64,000 nucleotides of DNA from Takakia lepidozioides (lineage: Eukaryota; Plantae; Bryophyta). The position numbers and the translations under genes are program-made. Within the stretch, counting starts at the first letter, position 1. Every line of letters starts with the position of its first letter. This document shows positions 16,401 through 29,209 of the stretch, piece after piece. The stretch spans positions 1,426,001 to 1,490,000 of the forward strand of contig CM060733.1 of the NCBI GenBank assembly GCA_030704615.1, given 5' to 3'. Under the pieces are notes generated by a model. It saw only the letters and a program-made list of their open reading frames with translations, made no database searches and was not told the DNA's origin.

Positions 16401-18498
16401 TGACGGATTCGAGAGTGGCATTGAATGTCTCACAACAACCCGTAGAACATGGAGGCCTCTCCTATGCTTTGGATCTGAGAATGTGTTGAAGATACTCTCT
16501 GATCGTGGCATGGATACTGCAGAACTTTGCAGCTGGACTATGTGGACCTGTATTTGATGCACTGGCCTCTGCAGCTGAAGAAGGATACTGAATTGCTTTC
16601 TAGCACCAAAATGGACGTTCTACCAACTGTGGATTTCAAGAGCGTTTGGCTTGAACTGGAACAAGGTGTTCATAGAGGACTCACAAAGGCCATTGGTGTC
16701 AGCAATTTCAGTGTCAAAAAGCTTGGGGACCTTCTTTCTTATGCCACGATTCCCCCAGCTGTTAATCAGGTAAAATGGTTCCCAGTGTTTGGCGGAGGTT
16801 GACGGAGCATGCCCTCTAGCGCTTCTCTGTTTTCTGTTGAGTTAAAGTTGGCCTGCCTACAAGGAATGTGCAGGCAAACGCCACAGGAAACGAGTAATGA
16901 GCTCTTTGAGCTTCCAGCTTACACTCAGTGACCCTGTGGCCTTAGTAAACTGATTTATTTCATGAGGCTCTCCACCTTAGAGAATCTCTCAACGTTGAAT
17001 TATAGTTTTGAGGAGCCCACTTCCTTTCTTGTATCCTACTTTCTTTTTTCCCATGATTGATCTCTCTTATACATCATTATATACATGCTGGGTGTGTGGG
17101 AAACCCATGCAATCATTTGTCATATCCTTACTTTCTAGTCTGTGTGTGGGAAATGAGACAGGTAGAGATGAGTGTATGCTGGCAGCAGAAACAGCTGCTG
17201 GACTATTGTACCAGTAAGGGCATCCACATCACCGCGTACTGTCCGCTTGGTGCACCTGGAACTCCATATTCAACTCTGTCTGGCACAGTTCTGAACAACC
17301 CAGCCTTGGAGGACATTGCCAAACTGCATGGCAAAACAACTGCACAGGTAACAAAGAAAAGCTTTTCACATGACGGTAGTCAGCTGAAAAAATCTGGACT
17401 TAACGTTGATGTTCTTTGTTGAGTGTGATGAATATGTAGGTGATAGAGATCTAAAATAAACTAGTGACCCAGGAGTCAGCTCACCAAGCTTGAATGGACC
17501 CCTGAACACTGACCAGAAAATAAGGGGGGCTGTATTTGACATTGGACTGGTCATGCCCCTCAGTACCATTATTGAAGAAGGGATAATGAGATTCCTATTT
17601 CAGAGCATGTAAATGAAAAATTTGTCGTCCATTATCTAGCCAGATGATGTACTAAAGACTACCACGTTGATCTGCAACTTTGGCCACCAACGGTCACCTT
17701 TGGATATTTCAATAGGCCGACCTCCTTTTTGTTTGGCCACCCTCCGACTCACATCATCATTCTGTTCTATCCAAAGGGAGCTGCTGGCAATCATGGTGGC
17801 CCTCCCAAGTTCTTTTAACACCTTTGACTGGAGATGTACTCCACACTAGAAAACTCCACTCCTATCGCAGAAATATGACCGATTTGAATGTATGAGCAAT
17901 TTCAGAGTCCTGCCATTTCTCTCTCTTTGCATGCCATCTAGGTGGATGTTGTACTGTTATTTCTCTCTCTGTTCTCTACTTTCATGTTTCTTTCATCTGT
18001 CTTAAGTAAATTTGTACACCTTCTGATCTGTACAGTAAAATATTGGTATGTGATTTTCCACCCTTTTCACCAAATCTTACTTTCGCAATGGAGTCTCAAT
18101 GAGACTCTAGTAATGACTATCAATCTTGTTCAAATTTGTGAGATTTGGCTCAGAGAGATGAGCATCAACCACCGGTTGGAAGGCACAAAACTTTGTTATG
18201 TTGACTGCCATTTCCCACCTTCCGCTCTGTCCTTCTAAGCAAGGTTTTATGCGCTGGAATGGGGTTGCAGGTTGCACTGCGGTGGATTGTGGAGAGTGGA
18301 GCGAGTGCAGTGCCCAAGAGCTATAACCCCAGCAGGCTGTTGCAAAATATTTCAATATTCAACTGGTGTCTGACTGAGGAAGATCACAAGAAAATTGCTG
18401 CATCACTTCCACAACAACGTGGAGTAACTGGAGAAAATTTTGTAGGAGTCAATAGTCCCTACAAGACAATCCAGGAGCTATGGGACAGCGAAGTTTAA
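13454..18498 (+). CDS. Aldo-keto reductase, plant AKR4-type, 5 exons
   Basis: Exons 13454-13570, 13803-13984, 16523-16769, 17162-17347 and 18271-18498 join in frame. GYRHFDTA, catalytic Tyr (ELYG), TTKLW, LDYVDLYLMHWP, AIGVSNF, VNQVE and VPKS are all present. Confidence 0.93.
15980..16200 (-). mobile_element. Non-LTR retrotransposon RT fragment in AKR intron 2
   Basis: GVKQGCPLSPTPFGLYMD matches the LINE RT motif G.RQG.PLSP.LF. Confidence 0.75.
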
Positions 18499-21400
18499 GG
18501 TAATCTGGCAACTTCATTCTGCGTTCACATCAAAATCTGATTGGCAAAATGAATCACGTTTTATTTACAGTATGGCACATGGTGGAAGAGGGAGCGGCCA
18601 CATGTGCGTGCAGTGTTATTCCTAGGGATGATGTGCTCGCAAAGTCTGGCCTTCTGCTGTTGCAGCTGAGATCAAAGTTGCTGAAGTCTCTCTGTTGGGT
18701 GTGTGGACCTCCGGCCGTAACGTAAATTTCGTTCTTTCTTTCCTTGCTTTTCTTTTTCTCTCTCGCTAAGGGCCTGTTCTGCAACATTGTGTGGACTATG
18801 TTGCAGATACTCCGGGGACCTCTGAGAAGATAGGTGGACCCACTTGCCAAAACCACTCGAGGAATTAACCTCTTAAGCTTGAAGCTTATTTTCATGATGC
18901 TAATTGACACTCAACAATGCGACCTGCCATATGATATACGCCATAACTGCATGGTCAATAATAAAGTAAATCCTCTTATCAGTGTTTTGAGCTTTAAGGA
19001 GAGGAATGCAATGGACTTTCTTATATACCTCTAGGCAGATGCAAATACTTTGATGTGCAGATCAGGTAACTGAAATATACTGACGAAAAACTGACGTCCC
19101 CACACACTTGCTATTGGATTAGTCACATGGTTTCGTTTTATGATTTGTTTATTTTCATCTGAAAAATTGTTTGTCAGTGGTTTCTTGCGTTTCCAGTTTG
19201 ATCCTTGGGTGCTGTGGATGTTAGATAGTCTGGAAAGCTTATCTTGATGGAAGGGTGATGAGTTTTGTTCATCACTGGAAACCGTAGCTTGATGGAAGGG
19301 TGATGCCCTCATCACGAACTTCAGGGTTTTGCAGGCCACCATGCAGTCATGGTAGAACTAAATCAACCCGACGCCGACCTTACAATTTAAGGCATGAATG
19401 GAGTCTTGGCAGGGCAGTCTTTGAGGGTGAATAGTCATGGATGGTCATGCCTCTCTTAGCCTAGCATTTAGTGAAAATCGACCACTCACGGCATCCCTAC
19501 CTCGGCAAGCATAATTACAGCTCCCCATGTCACTGATGCAAAGAGAAGGGGTTTAAGTTAATATATGTGTCGACTAGGGCCTTATATTGATACTACCTCT
19601 AGTGGTGATATAAAAGATGAAGATGAAGAAAAGGCATGCCAAGTAGAATTGGACACTAGGAATAATGTAAGAATTGTCAAGTTATTTAAGTAGTAGTTTT
19701 GTAGTAGTGTGAAATTGGCTAACTATTATCGTGCAAATTTGATTTACATTAGACCTATCCAAGTGACAAAAAGAGGTGTCAAGATAACCTTAGCATCTGC
19801 GAGTGCTTATCATCGTCATTTGATGTTTATCTTTCTCTAGTTCAGTTGGCGGTGAGCTTGCATGTGTGTCAGTGAGTTCTCCAAGGTATGGAGTGCACTA
19901 GGCTTGACAAGTGTTAGATTTGCTGATGTATGTAAGTATCATATCAGTCAAGGAGTAATCTACAATAATATTATTGTCCTACAGATGACAATTTTGGTGG
20001 TGCAGTATGCACACAGAGGTGCAACAATTCTTCATGGGCATATCGCACCAACCGTGCCCTTTGTTATGGGTGAGGCAATTCCCACCCAACCATCATCCCA
20101 CACTCGGAGCAGATATGAACCTCTTGGCTCATCATAGGATTTGATCCCTCTCATTAGCAGTGCGAGTGTTTAAAGATAGGTTTGTCGTATCGCTAATGCA
20201 AAGATATTTCAATATGACAGAATTCTTTTTATATGGACTACAACAAATCCTTATGGACTTTTGTAATAGTCCATAATTTCTAGCCATTTGCTTTTTTGAT
20301 TATGGGACTTGGAATAAGCGGAATATATGTAGTTGAGCCTTTATAGCTTAGTCCCTTTGTACTATCAGCATTGTCACTTAGGAATATGACACTTTACAAC
20401 TAATCAAGGTCCCAAAAAACAATGCAGTGACAGCATTTTTGGTCCACCGTAGGCTGCAACTACCCGGCACCCACGGACCCCCATCACCACTAGACCCGCG
20501 AATTGGCTTGGTTTATTCCGCAATACCAATTTATCTATGTACCACCGATCACCACTACTCAAGACAAGGAGAATTCAACTACTCCTCACTAAGCCTTCTT
20601 GACAATTTTTACCTCAAAACACATGTCGAAATCCCATCATATCTCAAGAGCCACATCCACATTGATAGTAGATCTCCACTCGAGGTGGCAATGCCAGAGC
20701 TAGATGAGTTGAAACTAGAATACAGGGCCATGTGAGTGAGGGCCTCCTCCACTCTAAGCAACTCGGCATAATCCGAGTTTGACGACGCCCGCCTTTCACC
20801 CACAACAGCAGACACACCCTCCACAGTAGACGAATCTTGCAGCACTCTAACTTCAGTCACAAGAAAGCCTTCAACTACTAGCATATTGGAGTTAGCAACA
20901 AGCTCAGGGCCTGCGCAAAAATCTTCAGCTCTAGTCTAACCATAAGGGCCTCAGCTCCACTTGCTCAAACTCCAAGGAATTCAACCATACAACTGCCATT
21001 TCCAAATGCTGCGAGAGAAGGCGAGAAACCAGAGAGAAAACAATTAACAGTGGGCTGGCGCGCCGCCATCGCTGCCCCTTATCAACTAAAAGCCTTCCGT
21101 AATCAGAGCCTGAGAGGGCCTGAACCCTCTCTACATTCAATGTGCAAAAACTTGTCTAGCGTCTCCATTAAGTTTTGTGCCGGGATGTGATTCTCATTTC
21201 CCCTAAGGCACGGTCAATTTAGGGATGCGCAGCTCCAAGAAACAGCGTGCTGTGCTAAGAACAAAGGTACACGAAGAGGAATGACACCAGGCCTGATGAA
21301 CGTCACACATGCACAAACAACACCACATCCAGAGCTCTGTCGCAAGACAAGTACTGTGGGTATAGCCCCTCACTTGTCCCACTAGGTACCTATGGACCTG

Positions 21401-21599
21401 CCAATTTGAAAGACTAATAATGTTTTCTTGTTTTTAAGGAAACAGGGCCCGGAGCGACAGTAGTTCACTGCTGAGTCACAATGTCTCAATAAAAATACAA
21501 AAAACATTATTATTATTATTATTATTTTCCTACTAATGCCGCCGGTGGGACAAGCGACCAGCTGCTGGTTTATGTCACTTCTTGGTCCTAGCTTTGTGT

Positions 21600-22897
21600 A
21601 TAGAACCATACAGCCTCAAGAGTGGGTGTTCCAATTGCGGAGGCTTAATGACCTGTTACTTCCAGCAGTTAACTTGATGAGGGTATTTCTGGAAAGGTGT
21701 CAGTGGTGGCTGCAGTTCTGGGGTCACTGAATGTACGAACCAACATGTCTCTTGAAATCACCTAGTATGGTCTTGATCCTAGCTCTGAACACAGAACTAT
21801 ACATCCAGAAGAGTGGGTGTACCAATTTTATAGACAAAGAGTTGGTATCTGAGTACAGTAGTAACCTGGATGAGGGTGGTTGCTGGCGCAAAGAGCGTGC
21901 TTCTAAGCTCTCGGCCTTCCTCTGGATAATAGCTCATCAGATCCTGCCAGTGAATGTGTTCATGAAATTTGATAACTTGGACTATTCTATGTGTCCAAGA
22001 AACCAGGAATCTTTGGAGCATTGCCTCGTAACATGTCCCAAGGCAAAGAAAGCTTGGTCCTTGGTTATCTCCTTCTATTCCAATTGGGAAACTATTCTTG
22101 TTCCTCCTCCCCCCTCTCTTTTTCTGCTTAACATCAGTCAGGACAGGCCTATGATTAAATGCCCATTATGGGGCTGCCTGAGAGCTCATACCTGTGGGCA
22201 ATCTGGAAATCACGGTGTGCTTGGATTTTCCAAGGGAAAAACCCCAATCTCAGATCTTTGATGTTTAATATTTATATAGATCTAATGATTGAGGGGAGAA
22301 AATGTTGGATCTCTTTGTGTCCAGCTCTTCCCCGAGCTTCAAGTAGGCGCAGGCTGCAGCTTCTCCAGAGGTTTGATCTCAACTGGGGCAAGGATGGCAT
22401 CATCGGCACTCGCATTTCCGACTCTTCAGTATAGTGGAAAGACTCCATCCCCCCTCAATGGGAAATCTTCGGCTGAAGGGGAGGAGATGGACAAGCGTGC
22501 TAGGGACTCCAAGTTTAAAGCTCAGCTTAAATTTTAGGGCTCCGGCTTCTTATAGATTGCCACTGCTGGACTTACATTGTTGCGGATCTCTTCTCCTCAG
22601 GATTATGCCTCTCACTGATTCTTTGTAGCTACTCCTCTCCTTCATAGACACCCTCTCTCTTAGCTTGCAGGCACTATGACAGTTCTAGGCATCGCATTCA
22701 TTCCTTGCTCTGATGTCTTAATAACATTTGCTCTCTAGGTAACATTTGCTAGAACTCTCCTTTGAGCTCCTGGTTTTTTGGTCACGGGGTGGTATCCCCA
22801 TTGTAAGCCTTCATGACCCCAGGGTGATTTTTTTTCCGCTTCTTCTAATATATTTCCAGGGCCTCTGTCCCCAGTTCCGTTAAAAAAAAACAAAAAA
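21600..22897 (+). mobile_element. 5'-truncated L1-clade LINE (zf-RVT region, 3' UTR, A-rich tail)
   Basis: KLSAFLWIIAHQILPVN..CPRNQESLEHCLVTCPKAKKAW and LWAIWKSRCAWIF; A-rich tail at 22882-22897. Confidence 0.8.
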
Positions 22898-22934
22898 CTT
22901 TATTATTCTGAATGGGGATGGTACCCTTATTAAC

Positions 22935-25030
22935 TTTATAAGCAGGGGCGCAAAATGCCCAGAGTACAGAGGAAAAAAAACCTCGATAACGAGTGCCATA
23001 GAGGCTGATCCAGGAAGGCAATGCTTCATGACCAAAGGAGCAGGATTACAAGGAGTGAACAACCAAGATAAACTATATACTACCACGAGTTCTTCTATAG
23101 GGCTCAGAGGACATGTGAGCATTTGACTTTCCTTTCCGTAGGGATCTCCTGTGCCTCCAGTTTACTTCAGATTTGTCACCATCCTGGAGAGATCGACGAG
23201 CACTATGTGAACTGCCAGCTTGGTGGGATGGTGCCGTGCCATTGTACTCTCGAATCCGAGTGTTTGGTGCAGATAACACCTCTTTTTCCCCAAGCGTTGT
23301 CAAATCACTACAGGAAAAAAGGGGGGTTAGCGACGCCTACCCCCCTTGGCTCCCCCCTCAAGTGGGAATTTTCAGGGGGGTTGGATCTACGACCCCCCTG
23401 GCATCGCCTTAAGTCCGAATTGCGACGGCCCCATCGATTGCTCCGGGGTTTAGTGACGGTGTAGTGAATTCATGGAGCAGTTGAGTCTTCCTTCTCTGAT
23501 TGCATCTGCAAAAAGCTTCCCCCATGACCCGCCAAGCCTTACGAGCCTCAGACAACAAGTCTGAGTGAACCTTAAACAAGTTGCTCCAACACAGATCGGT
23601 TTGCTGTAAAAAATGAGCGAACATCTTGACTTCGGAATATTCCATAGCGTGTAGGCTCTAAGAGTCGACCATACGGGACATGTGCACCATAAATCCTCAT
23701 GATAGAAATTCAAAAGTAGAATCGAGGGATCAATCACAACAATATCTTTCTAGGAAGAGTAGAAAGAGAGAATGAAGCTCCAAGTTCTGGACGCATGGAG
23801 GCAAGTGAGGAAACAACGTTCCACGGTTTCTGGAACCTACGATTGACAAGAAGAGCAGAAGGTAGAACCATTAGAGAAAATGGCACGTACAGGAAGAATC
23901 TTGTTAATGAGTTTCCATTAAAAACCACTAATTTTTGCTTCTCTGTCCTTCCTCCATATGTCGGACCCATGTCTTTGTCCAAGAGGTTGGGCAATTGTGT
24001 AAGTGTGTCCAGACCACTTAACATTAAAAGAGTGGGGTTCGACTGAGTGTCCGAAAGCACTACGGGAACTACTCGGAAATAACCTTTACTACTAGACAGT
24101 CGTAAAAGACAATTTCATGCCACGATGGCGGCACTCATCGCACACGGAAGTTGTATAAACGACGTCAAGTTGGATGTCATTTTTTTGGAAATCTTTATTT
24201 TGTGGGAAACAAAAATGAAGATAATTGCAATAATTCGGAGTGGTTTTAAGCACGGGAGAAACGACTCCAAGACCAAAATCCGTATTCCTAATAAATTCAG
24301 TTTTATGTTTTTTTAATTCCTCTACTCTACCAAAAAGGAGCTTACAAAAATTATCTAGAGCTCGATCTGGAGTAAACCAAGATTTGCTAAAATTTCAGCT
24401 TTCCTTTGGTAGATTGCTATTAACATAGTGCTCAAGGTGGGAGGATGGCTTCAGTTCCAGGATGCTCTCCTATGCTCTTGCTGCCCTTCAGGCTTATTGG
24501 AAATACTGGAACTACCTTCTATGCTATCAGGTCCCAACACAAGTCTGGCCCATTATTAAAGCTTTATACAGGGATTGGAATACCCAAATCTTTGTCTATC
24601 ATAAGCCTGCTACTTAACTATGACACCACTGCTAAGAGCAGAGCCTTTCACTGCCCGGTCTTCAAGTGCCTTAGAAGCTCCACGCTTTGGCACATTTGAA
24701 AGGCAAGATGCGCCTGGACCCTTTGAGGTACTACTTGCTCATTGTCTGCCTTGTTGTCTCGTGTTTTCTGGAACCTGCAGATTGAGGCAAGGAAAGCGTG
24801 GTCAAAACTTTGTACATATATCGAAAGGTCCCCCCAACACGTTGCAACCATCCATTTGGCCTTCTCCACCACTTGGGCAAGAAATGACCATTTGTGCACC
24901 CCCTCAACGCTGCCAGTTTGCATCTGGACAGCCCTCCCACCAGTCGGTTAGAGAAATCTCACCAGTGCGGCACCATAATTTGACAGAGAAATCAATTGGC
25001 GCCATATCAAATCGGCGGTTAGACTTCAGT
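22935..25030 (-). mobile_element. Degraded LINE remnant, opposite orientation
   Basis: Fragmentary ORF2-like peptides (DLGIPI; TLWNIPKSRCSLIF) and a 3' end at ~22935-22980 resembling that of the neighbouring LINE. Confidence 0.55.
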
Positions 25031-25663
25031 TTCACTGAACTTCAAAGCTAAATTAGATTTCTTTCTGTGAGCTCTCCATGTGCTTAGCATGCTACTGCTT
25101 CACCATCGTGCACACTGGTGGTCTCTTCAGTTCGGGGTGTTACTGCCTATGTTCTCCTCAACCCCCTACGGGGATTGCTTCGGATAGGCGCTAGCGACCT
25201 TAGTTTTTTCTCTTCTCCGCTCTGGAGGCTAGTTGTCCTATCACTGACTACGGTCTGTGTGCCTCATGGTGTACCCCCGGGGTTTTAATTTTTTTTCCCC
25301 TCAAATATACTTAATCTAGGCCCACTGCCCCCTGTTTATCAAAGGAAAAGAATAAATAAATGGGAAGAAAAGCTCTATCTATAGGAAGTTAAGGGTTCAA
25401 TAAAGCTCTTGTGACTGATATTTATCTTTAATTTATAAATATAATCATTTTTATTTATAATTATTATGAATTTGGTAATGTCCCATTATCGAGTCCAGTG
25501 GGAGGACAATTATCAGATAAACTTTGGCCTGATCTATGTCCTCATGATTCGTTCTATTTTACCTCTAGCAGTGCCATGGAGAAAGACTGCCAAACTTGAT
25601 GGGATACACTGATGAGATCTTATTAGATTGTTGTGCATTGTCGCTACCTACCTTTGTTGGGGC

Positions 25664-26161
25664 TGTAATGGCCAGATTCCTTCTACCTACCTTTTCGACA
25701 TTGGATGAACAGACGTTGGATGATGACCGTTGAAAAAGGGCTTGGATGAAACAACTAGAAACAATCTATTTTTAAACTAAGTATTGTCTTATGTTGACAG
25801 CTAGTTTATCTCTAAAATAGAATGAGGTGGCGTCCTATCTGGACAGACACCCGGATGGCATCCAAGTGACCAATCAGGGCTTATCACTTGGTTAGATAAG
25901 ATTGTGGGCCTTCGTTTATAAAGAAGATCAACACGACGCTTAAGGCGGCGGTGTACGTTTGGTGTGAAACCCTACTGTACTTGTGTGGGAGTTTTGGATG
26001 AAAAGGATGTGAGTAAGGATGTGTTGTTAAGCTGTGTGAGTGATTTCTGACTCCTCTCCGTTGGATCCTGCCTATCTCGCTAGCCTGCTTTACCAAGCAT
26101 ACATCCCCCTTATAGCTCAATACCCCTAGAGGAAGAGGAATAACGGGGTGGGCAAGAATCT
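25664..26161 (+). repeat. Element A 5' terminal repeat (A1)
   Basis: Near-identical to 61403-61900 (roughly a dozen differences by eye). Confidence 0.95.
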
Positions 26162-26172
26162 TGGTGGAGATG
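26162..26172 (+). promoter_or_regulatory. Primer-binding site of element A (tRNA-Ala type)
   Basis: TGGTGGAGATG directly after A1, complementary to a ...CAUCUCCACCA tRNA 3' end. Confidence 0.75.
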
Positions 26173-26334
26173 GGGTTGCAGGATTTCGTTAATCATTAGC
26201 TGCATATTCTTCCTTGTACGTCAGGTAGCTGTATGCCGACACTGTTACCATGGCGGTGCTCTACTGTTTCAGTTCTTGCTCGTGCTTTTGCTTGCTCCTG
26301 ACTTTCACAGTATCTGCTTACACTTCTGCAACCT

Positions 26335-26853
26335 GTGGCAATGGCCCCGTCTTTTGATCCTTCAACTGACACAGAGCTCAAGGAGTACAAGGAAACTCTT
26401 GCTGGTCATTTTGAGTCGATTTTCGCCAGCATTGTGCGTGCTTCGGTTGATCCTAGCCTGGTGGGTGAAGTTGCTTATCCGCCCCTTAGTGCCCCGGTTG
26501 AACGCCCTGAATTAGTACTCGACACACCTTCTGATTACTGGGTGGCTCAGTTTGAGTTGACCGCTGCGTTGGAGGGTCTGAAGCCCACCCACATCCCGCA
26601 AGAAGAAGCGGAGCAGCGGCGGAAGTGTATCCAAGCCTTTGAAGGGGCCCGAGCGGCCAAGGCCCTGCAGCGACTCTTTGTTGCGGAGATAGCCCGCAAG
26701 CTTCCATTATCTGAGGCCAAAGACAAGCTCTTGAAGGGTTGCCGGCTGTCGTGGGCTGAACTTGGTATTCCGCAATTCACTGTAGCTGGGGAGGTTGTTG
26801 GCGAGTGTGAGAACTTCCTTCCACCCAAATTACCCAGTGCGCATCGTCTGTAG
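26335..26853 (+). CDS. Uncharacterised 172-aa ORF just downstream of the element A PBS
   Basis: Protein-like composition, same orientation as the element, no recognised domain. Confidence 0.4.
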   Translation: MAMAPSFDPSTDTELKEYKETLAGHFESIFASIVRASVDPSLVGEVAYPPLSAPVERPELVLDTPSDYWVAQFELTAALEGLKPTHIPQEEAEQRRKCIQAFEGARAAKALQRLFVAEIARKLPLSEAKDKLLKGCRLSWAELGIPQFTVAGEVVGECENFLPPKLPSAHRL

Positions 26854-27419
26854 GAGCTGGTGAAAGGTGGCAGTTCACTTGTCTTGGCCAACCTGCGGCC
26901 TACCTGGAAACCTGACTACAATGTGGACATCACTTGGGATGACCATGTCGCAGGCATTCCCGTCTCTCGCTTTCCTCATACTGTGCATGATATTTTGATT
27001 TTCCCTGCTCTTGTGTTTAGACAGGAATGACTGGGTTACTACTTGCCTGGCTTTCATGTTACTAATTATCCAATGCATACACTGTTTGCTGCATTACTTA
27101 ATCTTATCCGCTCCATTGTTCGCATGGCTTTCTGACTCAAAATGGACGAAGAATTGTGGCACTTTCTGGATGAAGGTGTTTACATGCTTCACAAACACAG
27201 GTTCATAAGTGGCTATTGTATCAAGGACTGGGAGTCCAAATTGCGTCCTGCACGATCCTCCAGTAGAAGGTAACCACTTTGTTTTTTTAAATACGACCAA
27301 CTATAATGCCTGTCACTACTCGGTCTGACAAGGAGCCCTGGAATGTGCTAGATGAGTTGCATGATGTGGATCTTACTGATGATGGGAAAGATGATGGTGA
27401 CACTCTTCCTGATCCTATG

Positions 27420-28190
27420 TCTGTTGAGCTCTCATTCTCAAACTTGTTAAGGTTTCTGTTATTGAAGCAGAGGTGAAAAAAATATTAGATGGTCATCATG
27501 AATGCTTATTTAGGGTTTGTTTGTGAAGAGGTGAAAAAAAAAGTCGAGCTCTATCATTGTCAAACTTCTTCAGGTTTCTGTTATTGAAGAAGAGGTGAAA
27601 AAAAAACCAGATGGTCATCCTGAATGCTTATTTAGGGAATAAATTAGGGATTGTTTGTGAAGAAGAAACTTGAGCTCTACCATTGTCAAACTTCTTCAGG
27701 TTGTTATTGAAGAAGAGGTGAAAAAAAACCAGATGGTCATCATGAATGCTTATTTAGGGTTTGTTTGTGAAGAAGAGGTGAAAAAAATTGAGCTCTATCA
27801 TTGTCAATCTTGTTCAGGTTTCTGTTGATGAAAAAGAGGTGAATAAAAAATCAGATGTCATCATGAATAAATTAGGGTTTGTTTGTGAAGAAGAGATGAA
27901 AAAAAACTTTGAGCTCTATCATTGTCAAACTTCTTCAGGTTTCTGTTATTGAAGAAGAGGTGAAAAAAAAAACATATGGTCATCATGAATGCCTATTTAG
28001 GGTTTGTTTGTATAGAGGACGTGGAAAACAAATGAGCTGTCATTGTAAAACTTGTTCAGGTGCCTGTTATTCAAGAAGAAGTGGAAAAAAAAACAGATGG
28101 TCATCATGAAGCTCATTTACGCAATGCTTCTGTAGAGGCCGTGAAAAAATAAAATGAGCTTTCATACTGACACTTGTCCATGTTTGGCAG
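27420..28190. repeat. Tandem repeat, ~120-bp unit, ~6 copies
   Basis: GAGCTCTATCATTGTCAAACTTCTTCAGG.. recurs at ~27427, 27546, 27672, 27790, 27911, 28034 and 28156. Confidence 0.92.
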
Positions 28191-28471
28191 GCCCTCGAAC
28201 AAAAAAAAGTTTTTTTTTTTTTTTTTTTTTTTTTTCTTTGGCCCGGGGCAATATTGGGGGTGGGGGTAGAAGTGGTGTGCGTTGACGCACTCAATTTTAG
28301 AGGCTCGTTAACCAAACCCAATGAAAAAATAAACTACATTTCATAACGAGACATCGCCTGCTTGTCCAGATTTAAGAACTGTGTATACATGTTATACAAA
28401 CAAGGCAGCCCTTTCCGACATTGCGAAAAATCGCAACATATGCAACACTACTCGATATTGCCAATGTCTCG

Positions 28472-28965
28472 CTACAAAAGTGTCCGTACCTCACCAGGAC
28501 CTAGTGTCGCCTGGTGAATGATTTGGTCTCTTTTGGGATCACAATACATCCTGTGCAAAAAGATGTAGTAAAGATGCTTGCAGGGAATCAATTTCCCTCT
28601 CTTTCCTAGAGCTTCCTCACGCATGCACACGAAGTTGGGACAGGTACATCCCGGAAAATTTCCCACCGTCACCTGATAGGCCCTGTCGTGCAAAACAGAC
28701 CCAGATGTGAAGTATAAACCCGTCCATACCCAGGTGAAGGTACTTCCATAGTTCCTGTTACCCGGCCCGAAGTAGTCTGGCCGATTCCACCTTCGCATCG
28801 TGATCAGGCCCGAAGCCACTTGATGCACTGTTTTGCCATTCCTTCTTGTGGGGATGCGAAGTTATCGTCTGGAGGAGGCACCATAGCAGCAAGGCCACCA
28901 AGGGTCGACGCCACAGATCGGTGCAGACAAAAGCTGGCGTCTTCCAACTTGCCCATCTCCAGTTT
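28472..28965 (-). pseudogene. SWIM zinc-finger protein fragment (frameshifted, probably transposon-associated)
   Basis: YQVTVGNFPGCTCPNF..IPCKHLYYIF fits the SWIM CxC..CxH pattern. Confidence 0.7.
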
Positions 28966-29209
28966 GTCAATGATCATCCTGAAATCATGATCATGAAAAA
29001 ATTGAGTGTGTTGACGCACTCAGTTCTCGGGGGGGGGGTTGGTTTCCCCCAAAACCCGCCGGGTACCCGGGGTGAAAATCCGGACCCGCACCTGTCGTCG
29101 ATAATCATCCTAAAATCATGATCATGAAGAAATTGAGTGCGTTGACGCACTCAGTTCTCCTGGGGGGGGGAGGAGAGGGAACCAATATATATATATATAT
29201 ATATATAAT

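Noticed and set aside
20427-21140. Short ORFs that might be a LINE ORF1 remnant
   Set aside because: No diagnostic motif could be identified.
27420-28190. Regularly spaced repeats resembling a CRISPR array
   Set aside because: The whole ~120-bp unit repeats with no unique spacers; no cas genes; eukaryotic context.
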